From sequence record PP496441.1: a stretch of DNA of 64,000 nucleotides; one strand, written 5' to 3'. Below, in pieces: positions 1 through 8,200 of this stretch. How positions within the stretch are numbered: the first letter of the stretch is position 1; each line of letters starts with the position of its first letter. A program made the translations under genes and the position numbers. The notes under the pieces were generated by a model. The model had not been told where the DNA came from, did no database searches, and saw nothing but the letters and a program-made list of their open reading frames with translations.

Positions 1-11
1 TCAGTGCTGAC

Positions 12-407
12 GTGATCAAAGAAATAAATGCCATGAAGGCTTATATCTATCACCAGAAGGGTTTGATCGGCGGGCGACTTCCCGAACCAACCTTGCTGTT
101 ACGGGCACTGACCAACACTCTGGTATCCCATGCCGTGCGTGATCCATTCTTCAGTGGGCAGCGACATGATCAGACGTGTAGTGATACCCGGTTGCGCTTC
201 AATGCCCAACATGCCAAGGCACCGGAAGGGTCAGTAAAAGAACTGGCTGCGAAGTACGGGGTGTCGATCAGTGAGGTACGCCGTTTGAAAGCTGCGGGCC
301 AACTGCATACCCTCGGCCAGCCCACCGAACCCCAAACAGACAACACTGCTGCCGACGAACAGAAGGTAGCCCAAACCAAAGCCTTGCTTGAGAGCTTACT
401 GCCATGA
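12..407 (+). CDS. Hypothetical protein with C-terminal HTH-like segment (frame is open to the left edge, so the start is uncertain)
   Basis: 'SVKELAAKYGVSISEVRRLK' is helix-turn-helix-like; stop overlaps the next ATG (ATGA at 404-407). Confidence 0.6.
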   Translation: MIKEINAMKAYIYHQKGLIGGRLPEPTLLLRALTNTLVSHAVRDPFFSGQRHDQTCSDTRLRFNAQHAKAPEGSVKELAAKYGVSISEVRRLKAAGQLHTLGQPTEPQTDNTAADEQKVAQTKALLESLLP

Positions 408-1426
408 CAGATGCAACGTTGGACACGTACGGTGACCTGCTGGTTGAAAACGCCACCAAGATCGTTGCTGATTTCTTGGAGAACGTGATCACTCCGGTTA
501 CACTGGCGTTGGAGAAAGACTACCCGGCCAAGTTCAAAATCCTCAAGACCCGGTTGGCTCAAATGGCGGGCAGCGCAATGAGCCTTCCCGTAGCCGTTGT
601 GGCAATGCGTAACCTTCCGTTCTACGTGTTGCTGAGTTCACCGCGTCAGGTCAGTCACATCATCACTCTTGCCAAAGCCATGATGCCCGAAGGATTGCCG
701 TTGAAGGCTCTCGGGGCCAAGTACCACGAAGACGTTATTACCGCTCTGACTAGGGTACTGGTTGAACGTGGTGTAGGTGATATGTTTCTCGGCAATCGAA
801 TAGCTGATCTGCCCAAGTCGCCGGTAACGGAAGCCGAACGGAAGGAAGATCCATTCGCCAACGTAGATCACGACTCCGATCACGTGCATGAATTGAGCGA
901 GATGCTGTCTCCGGCTGGCGTCCCATGGTACATCTCCAACGACCGGATCAAAGCCGACCGCAAGGACGCAGGCGGTGCGATGGACGCTGCCATGGTGATG
1001 GTTAGCGAGCGCCACGCCAAACGACACCTGGTCGAGCTGGTGAACGCTGCGCTGCTATTCAAGCCGCCGGTCAAGCACCCGTACCCTATCTCGGAGTATT
1101 CCGCCGAAGATTGGTGGGTGAAAGAGATTGAGGGCATTGCGTCGTCTCTGGTGCCGTTGACTGCAGATCAGTACCGCGCTATCCACATCGCCCGGAACTT
1201 CGCCCGTCTGGTGTTCGACACCGTAGCGGCACCTAGCGATGACCAGATCGTTTATCAGTTCCGCTCGCGCTGGGAAAAGGAAGGAGAGTGGACTGACTGG
1301 ATGACCGCCCGGAAGGAAGATTTCGATACGCTAAAGAAGAAGTTCGCCGAAGACCTAGCCCTAAAGCTGTACGAGTTCCGTCTCCTGCGCGTTATTCCTG
1401 AGGTGATCAATGCCGACTCCAACTGA
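404..1426 (+). CDS. Hypothetical phage protein (340 aa)
   Basis: Long ORF coupled to neighbours by overlaps; no motif recognised. Confidence 0.7.
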   Translation: MTDATLDTYGDLLVENATKIVADFLENVITPVTLALEKDYPAKFKILKTRLAQMAGSAMSLPVAVVAMRNLPFYVLLSSPRQVSHIITLAKAMMPEGLPLKALGAKYHEDVITALTRVLVERGVGDMFLGNRIADLPKSPVTEAERKEDPFANVDHDSDHVHELSEMLSPAGVPWYISNDRIKADRKDAGGAMDAAMVMVSERHAKRHLVELVNAALLFKPPVKHPYPISEYSAEDWWVKEIEGIASSLVPLTADQYRAIHIARNFARLVFDTVAAPSDDQIVYQFRSRWEKEGEWTDWMTARKEDFDTLKKKFAEDLALKLYEFRLLRVIPEVINADSN

Positions 1427-1694
1427 ACAGACACTACCCACGGTCGCATCACTGGACGATATATCATCTAGTGGCACCTACCGGGTGGACTACACCATCG
1501 TTATGCAGATGAATTTCACCCCTGATTTCATGTCCCGCGTCAAGTTCATACGGGACATCATGGACTCGGAAACCAAGAAGCTGGTCTCTCAGCAGGTGGG
1601 ATTCGAAGACGGTAGCATCTTCACTCGTACCCACGGGGAAGATGGGGACTGGACGTATGGGCCGTGGGTGAAGGAGGTGTCAGATGTATCGTAG
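1410..1694 (+). CDS. Small protein resembling a stand-alone tail-fibre knob domain
   Basis: 'SLDDISSSGTY...GSIFTR...GDWTYGPW' follows the pattern of the knob modules in the 31254-35294 fibre. Confidence 0.5.
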   Translation: MPTPTEQTLPTVASLDDISSSGTYRVDYTIVMQMNFTPDFMSRVKFIRDIMDSETKKLVSQQVGFEDGSIFTRTHGEDGDWTYGPWVKEVSDVS

Positions 1695-1854
1695 CGCAGT
1701 GAAGTATAAAGACCACGGCTATCTTGCTCCGGGTAGCCGTGCGTTCGAACTCTACCACGACAAGTCTGACAAAGGCCACAAGTTGCTGGATCAGCACATG
1801 GCCGAGGTGGACGCCGCGTGGCGCAAACTGGAGGGACGCAAGAATGGAAAGTAA
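1684..1854 (+). CDS. Small hypothetical protein (56 aa), absent from the ORF track
   Basis: AAGGAGG RBS upstream of ATG 1684; translates MYRSAVKYKDHGYLAPGSRAFELYHDKSDKGHKLLDQHMAEVDAAWRKLEGRKNGK; fills the gap and overlaps both neighbours. Confidence 0.65.
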   Translation: MYRSAVKYKDHGYLAPGSRAFELYHDKSDKGHKLLDQHMAEVDAAWRKLEGRKNGK

Positions 1855-2290
1855 CAAGTTAAAGTCCCTCCTTCTTACGCAGCTGGTTGTCGTGTTGCTC
1901 ATCTCAGGCTACTATATGTTCACGGTCGGCCAGCACCGAAGTGAAGAGGTGATGCGATATGCCTCTATGGTGGATACCAGTGCCGACTCTGCTCGCCATA
2001 AGTCGAACTACTCGTACAACACATCTGGTTACTTCCGCGACGAAGAGACCAACGCTTTCTTTCGCGACGACATCTCGGACAAGCTGTATCGGGAGTTCGA
2101 AGCGGGAGGCAACAAGCCGATCCGGGTGAGCTGGCACTACAGCATCGACAAGCGAGAGCAGACTAGCATCGGCGTCTTCTACATGATGGGCGGCGTTATG
2201 TTAGAGGCCATTGCGATCATCATCCTGATCCATCTGACCATGGTGGCGTGGGCCAAGCACGTACGGGAGCGCAAATTTGATGTGGATTGA
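1844..2290 (+). CDS. Membrane protein with two transmembrane segments
   Basis: ATG 1844 preceded by GGAGGG; hydrophobic stretches near the N- and C-termini. Confidence 0.65.
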   Translation: MESNKLKSLLLTQLVVVLLISGYYMFTVGQHRSEEVMRYASMVDTSADSARHKSNYSYNTSGYFRDEETNAFFRDDISDKLYREFEAGGNKPIRVSWHYSIDKREQTSIGVFYMMGGVMLEAIAIIILIHLTMVAWAKHVRERKFDVD

Positions 2291-2663
2291 TTACGTCTGG
2301 GGTTACAAGCTGTTTGGTGGCCTGTACGAAACAGTGCGGGTCAAGTTCCAAAGCGAAGAGGCGGACAAACTGGATAACGTCTTCCTCAGTGAAACGGATG
2401 CCCGTAAAGCAGTCGAGACGTTGAACTACAAACGCATTCAAGGCGCCGTGACCTACTTGCACGCTCTAAATAAACTCGACACCGAATCGGTGCAGGGGGC
2501 GCAGGCTGTGTACAACGTGACCGCAGGGTATGGTGAACCCGACGCGTGTATAGACGGTTACGAAGATAGGTTGTTGCTCCGAGCCAAGACGTCATGTCTG
2601 ATTCGCTTTGACCGTCGCATCACTCAGAACTCACGCAACATTCCCTTTCCGGAGATCCTATGA
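2280..2663 (+). CDS. Hypothetical protein
   Basis: ORF overlapping both neighbours in the operon. Confidence 0.6.
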   Translation: MWIDYVWGYKLFGGLYETVRVKFQSEEADKLDNVFLSETDARKAVETLNYKRIQGAVTYLHALNKLDTESVQGAQAVYNVTAGYGEPDACIDGYEDRLLLRAKTSCLIRFDRRITQNSRNIPFPEIL

Positions 2664-3256
2664 ATTCTTACGAGATTAAAGAGGTACAGGTGGGTGTCCA
2701 TCGCAACAACCCAACCTTTAAGTTAATGCGGCGGATACCTAGTCATACGCATCGTGGACATATCATCTCGGATGAACAGTTCCGGGTTAAGATGGACACC
2801 ATTATGAAGATCTATCGGGCCAAGTTGTCCGAAGCTGAAGTGAATGCAAAGGTAGAGGAGGCTTGGATCAATACTCTAAACTTCAGTCTTCCCGATGTAG
2901 ACGGGGAATACCCGTGCCTGAAACTTACGGACGAGGAGATAGCTGCCCATCGTCGCGCTGATCCAGAATCGCGACGAGTGATGAAGTATGCCAATGAAGA
3001 GAATGGCAACTACAGTAACCAGTGCGCGCACTGTAGCTCTATGTTCATCGGCTACAAGGGGTTCGGTTCCTGCCAGCTATGCAGCGACCTTTTAACTTTT
3101 CGCCGAGACCAGCATGAGTTTGAGTTCCACGCTAAAGAGAACCTGGGGCTGAGCACGAAGAAGCTGGCGTCTGGGGAATACCAATCATTCGGTGCTCAGA
3201 TGGCGTGGGTTACCTGGCAGTACACTGGTGGCTACAACAGGGGTGGAAACAAATGA
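2660..3256 (+). CDS. Hypothetical protein with a CxxC...CxxC zinc-finger-like motif
   Basis: 'CAHCSSMFIGYKGFGSCQLC'; ATGA overlaps at both ends. Confidence 0.65.
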   Translation: MNSYEIKEVQVGVHRNNPTFKLMRRIPSHTHRGHIISDEQFRVKMDTIMKIYRAKLSEAEVNAKVEEAWINTLNFSLPDVDGEYPCLKLTDEEIAAHRRADPESRRVMKYANEENGNYSNQCAHCSSMFIGYKGFGSCQLCSDLLTFRRDQHEFEFHAKENLGLSTKKLASGEYQSFGAQMAWVTWQYTGGYNRGGNK

Positions 3257-3702
3257 GCGACGATAAAGATCGAGTAGTTGAAGACCGTGACTATCAACAG
3301 CCGGTCAACGTCGGCATCGTAGTTACTGACCCGCCAGAAGTTGGCACGGTAGACGGGCGTAAGATCGTCGTTGTCGGGGCCGGTAGTGGAGGATCTGTGT
3401 TCGGGTGTAGCCGCAGTGAAAGAATAAGTCCGGCTCGGCGCAGCATAGGGCTGGCCGTTGCAGCAATGGCTCTTGCTGGTTCCATGGCTATGCCGTCAAA
3501 CCGGGAATTCGAGCCTTCCCGCCGACGTAAAGCTGAACGCGTGGTACCTCGGGTGTTCCCCAAAGAGTGGTACATGGACGAGGGAGGTCACTACAAAAAG
3601 ACCCCGGTGACCGAGGACGATCATGCGGCCGTCTCCGCCGCCGAAGCCAAGCGCCAACGGAAAGCCAAGAAGCTTGCCGCCACCCAATCGAAGGAGTCCT
3701 GA
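3253..3702 (+). CDS. Hypothetical protein
   Basis: ATG 3253 overlaps the upstream TGA; basic C-terminus. Confidence 0.6.
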   Translation: MSDDKDRVVEDRDYQQPVNVGIVVTDPPEVGTVDGRKIVVVGAGSGGSVFGCSRSERISPARRSIGLAVAAMALAGSMAMPSNREFEPSRRRKAERVVPRVFPKEWYMDEGGHYKKTPVTEDDHAAVSAAEAKRQRKAKKLAATQSKES

Positions 3703-3704
3703 TC

Positions 3705-4133
3705 ATGGCACCGCAAAAGAAAGCCAAGCCTGCACCCAAGAAGACAGTCCCCGGTCGAGACGATGGCAAGTTCGTCGCTCGGCTAGGCGCCCTCCGTGAT
3801 CTGGTTGCCGCACGGGCCAAAGAACAAGGCGTCAGCATGAACACGTGGCTGGTCAGCGCAGTGGCTCAGGTCCTTGGCGTGGAAAAGGATGAAGATGGTA
3901 ATCAGTTGCTCCTGCCTCATCTTGGACAGACTCAGCCTCCGTTAGTACCCGGCATGACGGTACGCAACAAGAAGGCACCCTATCAGGTGTTCCAAATCAA
4001 CACGTTCTCCATCAGCCGATCCGTTGAAGCCGCGAAGCAGGTGGATCAGCGACCGTTCATCAAGGTGTACGGTATCGATCTTAAAACTGGTAAGGGCGTC
4101 TCAGCGCAGTTGAACGACGTGCAGGTGGTGTAA
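3705..4133 (+). CDS. Arc/HicB-like ribbon-helix-helix DNA-binding protein
   Basis: 'KFVARLGALRDLVAARAKEQGVSMNTWLVSAV' matches the RHH pattern; AAGGAG RBS upstream. Confidence 0.6.
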   Translation: MAPQKKAKPAPKKTVPGRDDGKFVARLGALRDLVAARAKEQGVSMNTWLVSAVAQVLGVEKDEDGNQLLLPHLGQTQPPLVPGMTVRNKKAPYQVFQINTFSISRSVEAAKQVDQRPFIKVYGIDLKTGKGVSAQLNDVQVV

Positions 4134-4134
4134 C

Positions 4135-4407
4135 ATGGGTACTCGGGCAGATGCATATCGCCAGCTCAATAAAGATATGACCAATACGTTGAACCGCCGC
4201 CAGCGTCTTGACCGAACCGTGGACATCCTGCTGCGAGCCCTTGGCGTGGACGACGATGCCGCCGACAAGATGTTGGACGAAGTACAGTCTTGTGACTTCC
4301 GGTCGATGGGGAAACTCCTGCAAGAGAAGTTCCCGGATAGCCCGGACATCGAATGGTGTCTGAAGACGCATCAAGGCTACGACACCATTCAAGTTGAGAA
4401 GTCCTAA
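4135..4407 (+). CDS. Hypothetical protein
   Basis: 90-aa ORF contiguous in the operon. Confidence 0.6.
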   Translation: MGTRADAYRQLNKDMTNTLNRRQRLDRTVDILLRALGVDDDAADKMLDEVQSCDFRSMGKLLQEKFPDSPDIEWCLKTHQGYDTIQVEKS

Positions 4408-4445
4408 TTACTGACTGATGATTCAACTCACTCAGGAAGATAGTT

Positions 4446-5126
4446 ATGACCATTGCACTCTCGAAGTTCGTTGTCACCACGCCGATGACCGCCAAGGTAG
4501 TTAAGGGTAAGAACATTGCCCTTACGGTCAAGGGTGACGATGCCTGTTCCCGTTGTGCGGAGTTCATCTCGGCCAATCCTGACGGTGAACTGGACCTGTT
4601 CGCACCCACCCATGGCGCAGCCACCGAGTCGGTACACAGAACTCGTACCGAACTGATGGAAGCAGATTACTGGGCTTTGGATTCTGCCGCCCACCACTGG
4701 TTGCGTATGGCGATGACCGTCAAGTGCGTAAACCAAGGCGGCAGGGTGGTTATCGGCCAGTGCCATGTGGAAGACAGCAACAACCCGCTGATCAAGATCT
4801 TCTGGGACAAGGAGTCCATCAAGATCGGTTTCCGTGAAAAAGAAACCGAAGAGCCGGTTACTACCACGGTATGTCGCGGTGTAGAACTAGGACAGCGGTT
4901 CACTCTGGCGCTGCACATCACCAAGGCGGGTAGCGTTTCCCTGACCGTATCCGTAGACGGCAAGAAGTACAACTTCACGGAGAAGATGGATCCAACGTGG
5001 AAAGACTTCGAGTTCAACTTCCATGCCGGCCTGTACAACCAGCTGGACTACTCGGACAAGGTCCCTACCACTGACTGCTCCCGTGCGACCATCCACACGC
5101 TGGACGTAGACCACGACGCAGCCTAA
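4446..5126 (+). CDS. Polysaccharide lyase family 7 (alginate lyase-like), no signal peptide
   Basis: PL7 motifs R(S/T)EL(R)E seen as RTELME, QIH as QCH, and YFKAGxYxQ as FHAGLYNQ, in the expected order and spacing. Confidence 0.85.
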   Translation: MTIALSKFVVTTPMTAKVVKGKNIALTVKGDDACSRCAEFISANPDGELDLFAPTHGAATESVHRTRTELMEADYWALDSAAHHWLRMAMTVKCVNQGGRVVIGQCHVEDSNNPLIKIFWDKESIKIGFREKETEEPVTTTVCRGVELGQRFTLALHITKAGSVSLTVSVDGKKYNFTEKMDPTWKDFEFNFHAGLYNQLDYSDKVPTTDCSRATIHTLDVDHDAA

Positions 5127-5224
5127 GCCCCACCAGCCGCCGCAGGCTGACTGATCCACTAGTGACTTGGACCATCGGTCCGGTTATCCGGTAGCGTTCA
5201 GCCTGCGAGCGTATACGCGCCCAC

Positions 5225-5272
5225 AAAAAAGCCCCACTCACTCGGCACTTGACCGGATGGTGGGGCTTTTTT
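5225..5272. terminator. Bidirectional intrinsic terminator between convergent genes
   Basis: AAAAAAGCCCCAC...GTGGGGCTTTTTT inverted repeat with A/T tracts on both sides. Confidence 0.85.
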
Positions 5273-5276
5273 CGTC

Positions 5277-8123
5277 TTACATGGTTACCAGAGTTACAAA
5301 CCGGTTGGACATTGCGCGAGCTGTCAGCAGAGTTGCCAGCAGTCCTGTGTCTGCCCGATACTTCAACACCACCTTGTACACTTTGCCCGGTGTCAGACCC
5401 GTCGCCACGTATTCCCAAGAGCAAGTAGCGGCAGTCGCCGAGTAGCAGCTTCTGTCGTCACTGGCCGCGAGCACAACCGTAGCACCTTCGGTCATTGTAA
5501 AACTGACCCGAGTACCTGCTGCACACTGAGCCCCGAAGGTCACCCGGATAATCCCGGACAGCCCACACGTTATCTGCGCAGTCGGCCCTACCGTGGTCAG
5601 ATCCACGAAGCCCACACTGAGAGTAGCCTCTGATGTGTTGAGCACAGCGTTGACCAGCGAGGTACTGTTCGGCGGAATGGCGTAGGTTCCATCTGCCTTG
5701 AGGAACTTGCCGGTGTCAGCAATCTTCGGAGCCGGAACCAGACCATGCTTGCCGTCGGCAGTTGCAGTAGATCCCACCATGTCGGCCAGCCCGGCCAGTA
5801 CGTTCGCCATGAAGGTGGAACTGTCCTTGACCGACATCAGGCTACGTCCGTAGTCCGTGGTCAGGAATGCCTTAACCGAACTCGCCAGCGCATCCCCCAT
5901 GAGCACAGCGTTCTCAGGAAGTGCCAACGCTGAGATGTTGCTAAGGACGGTAGCCTTGGCTTGATACCCTGACAGGTCGGGGGGTGCTACGACGGGTTGC
6001 CCACCTTCCAGTTCCACTGTGGTTACCTTGATGGCATTGTCCGGCAATGCAGGCTCCGTAACCAGCCCATTGGTTTCCGTACCTTTGCGCAGCTTGAACG
6101 TACCCGTCGTGTCCGCGTAGATCAAATCAATCCGTTGCTGACTGGTACCTGCTGCGGCAATCGTGAACGTCACCGAAGTACCGTTGATGGTGTAGGTATT
6201 TCCTTTTATCCGCCACTGGATCTGAGTGCCACTGCGCAGCGTCAGAGTCACGTTCAACCCCGTCTGTGTGACTTCCAGCGGAGTCAGCAATCCATCTGCC
6301 AGCCCAGCTTTCAACGCCAATGCCTGCGTGATAGTATCCAGTGCCTGCTGAACCGTCTTGGAGATAGGCTTGTCCGTGTCCGGCGTGTTGTCCACGTGGT
6401 CCAATCCGATGTTCGCACGCACCTGAGCTTTCTGGGCGTCAGCCAAGGTCTGGGCGTTATACCGAACCAGCTCGGTGATTCCCAGATTGGTACGTACCTG
6501 TGCACGCTGCTCCGCAGTTAACACCTGATCGGCGTCGTACCGGAGGAAGTACCCGGTCAGCAGGTCACGCAGCGACGGGCTGTCACCCAACCCCAGCATC
6601 TTCAGTCCGAAATCGCTGTAAGGTATATTGACGTTGCTACCGTCCAGCTTGAAGCCTAGGATCGTGGCGGGCGTAGTTCCCATCTTGGCGAGCGCATCCA
6701 GCACGTTACTCTTGGCTTGGAACCCCGATAGGTCCGGGGGCGTAACCATCGGTTGTGCACCTTCCACAAAAACCGAGGTGATACGAATGGTGCTATCCGG
6801 CAAGGCAGGTTCAACGGCAGTGACATTGGATTCCACGCCTTTGAGGACGTGCACAGTGCCGGTCGTATCCCCGTACAGGAGGTCGTATCGCTGCATGCCA
6901 ACGCCCGACGCGTCCAAGACAAAGGATACTGAAGGTGTAGGGGACGTGTAGGTAACTCCGTCGATCCGCCATTGCAGGTTGCTGCCGTTGTCACTCGCCA
7001 AGCCAATAAGCAGGCCATTGCTGCTGGTCGAGATTGGAGTCAGCAATCCATCCTGAAGGTCAGCCTTTCCGTCCAGCAAGGCGAGGATGTTGGACAACTG
7101 ATGCAGGACCGAGGTGGGGATCGGTTTGTCGATGTCCGCTGTGTTATCTACCTTATCCAGATGCAAGTCAGCCAGTGTTACAGCACCTGTCAGTCCATTG
7201 ATCGATGCGACGACCAGGCTGTCCTTGAGCCGGTCCCACCCTTCCCCGTTGGAGATAATCCAATCCCCAATCTGCCAGTCCTTGTTGCCGTCGATACTGG
7301 TAGATCCCGCCACCTTGACGATGTAATACAGACCCTTGTTCGCTGTGCTAGCCGCAGGCATGGCTGGCAAGTTCTTATCCGCATCCCACGTCCCCGCGTA
7401 CCGCAGGCTACCGAGAATGGATTCCGGAAGATAGGATAGGTCGATCTTACGATTGCTATCCAGTGGCACCAGCCCACCTGACTGACCCAGCAGAAGAGCG
7501 TCCAACTTGGCGTCCAAAGCCATCTGTTGCGGTAGGGATACAGGCTTCTGAGAATCGGGGATATTGCTTACGTGTTCCAGGCCCACGGCGGCGGGGGTCA
7601 GCACATCTAGCAGACGGTCGCCCCGAATGTACTGCCGGAAGGTACCCAACGGGATCAGGGAGCTGATATCTGGTGCTGTCACCTTACCCAAGTCCGCGAG
7701 GGTTCCGTCGGTGTACATCACCATCAGGTTACCCGCAGCGTTGATCATCGACGTGGAGATACCCCGTCCAGCAGACCCTTTGACCATACCCGCGTACTCT
7801 TGATCCCCGTTGGCGTAGGTGATCAGCAAGCGACCGTCAGCTGTAACTTGCGTTTTCTGCACCACCTTACCCGTGGTATCACTACCGGCATCCGAGGTGA
7901 GTTGATCCTGTGCTGTCAGGAAGGCCTCGTAGCTGGTCATCAAAGACGGACGTGAGCAGATCAACAGATTATGGTTGACCAACTTGGCGAGTTCTTTCCA
8001 GTTCTTGTCAACAACTGCTAAAGACACGTAGTACCACTCGTCTACGCGCATGCGTTTTCCATTGACCTGTACGTCTTGCTTCACATTCGGAAATTTCCGG
8101 AAGCCTACTAATACGTTATCCAT
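5277..8123 (-). CDS. Virion appendage (tail/head fibre-like) protein with a duplicated module of about 160 aa
   Basis: 'VDNT.D.DKP' fibre repeats, a 'GTWDA..N.P' module and an internal duplication; likely start ATG 8123 with AGGTG RBS. Confidence 0.7.
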   Translation of the reverse strand: MDNVLVGFRKFPNVKQDVQVNGKRMRVDEWYYVSLAVVDKNWKELAKLVNHNLLICSRPSLMTSYEAFLTAQDQLTSDAGSDTTGKVVQKTQVTADGRLLITYANGDQEYAGMVKGSAGRGISTSMINAAGNLMVMYTDGTLADLGKVTAPDISSLIPLGTFRQYIRGDRLLDVLTPAAVGLEHVSNIPDSQKPVSLPQQMALDAKLDALLLGQSGGLVPLDSNRKIDLSYLPESILGSLRYAGTWDADKNLPAMPAASTANKGLYYIVKVAGSTSIDGNKDWQIGDWIISNGEGWDRLKDSLVVASINGLTGAVTLADLHLDKVDNTADIDKPIPTSVLHQLSNILALLDGKADLQDGLLTPISTSSNGLLIGLASDNGSNLQWRIDGVTYTSPTPSVSFVLDASGVGMQRYDLLYGDTTGTVHVLKGVESNVTAVEPALPDSTIRITSVFVEGAQPMVTPPDLSGFQAKSNVLDALAKMGTTPATILGFKLDGSNVNIPYSDFGLKMLGLGDSPSLRDLLTGYFLRYDADQVLTAEQRAQVRTNLGITELVRYNAQTLADAQKAQVRANIGLDHVDNTPDTDKPISKTVQQALDTITQALALKAGLADGLLTPLEVTQTGLNVTLTLRSGTQIQWRIKGNTYTINGTSVTFTIAAAGTSQQRIDLIYADTTGTFKLRKGTETNGLVTEPALPDNAIKVTTVELEGGQPVVAPPDLSGYQAKATVLSNISALALPENAVLMGDALASSVKAFLTTDYGRSLMSVKDSSTFMANVLAGLADMVGSTATADGKHGLVPAPKIADTGKFLKADGTYAIPPNSTSLVNAVLNTSEATLSVGFVDLTTVGPTAQITCGLSGIIRVTFGAQCAAGTRVSFTMTEGATVVLAASDDRSCYSATAATCSWEYVATGLTPGKVYKVVLKYRADTGLLATLLTARAMSNRFVTLVTM

Positions 8124-8151
8124 TATACGCACCTATAACCGGATTGAAGAT

Positions 8152-8184
8152 AAAAAACGGGGAACCAGTTTAAGGGTTCCCCGT
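8152..8184 (-). terminator. Intrinsic terminator
   Basis: Minus strand ACGGGGAACC-loop-GGTTCCCCGT followed by a T tract. Confidence 0.8.
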
Positions 8185-8200
8185 GGGACTCAGATTAAGG

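Noticed and set aside
5141-5207. tRNA gene
   Set aside because: Cloverleaf-like pairing is present but there is no T-loop GTTC, no D-loop GG in position and no CCA; no tRNA was recognised anywhere in the window.
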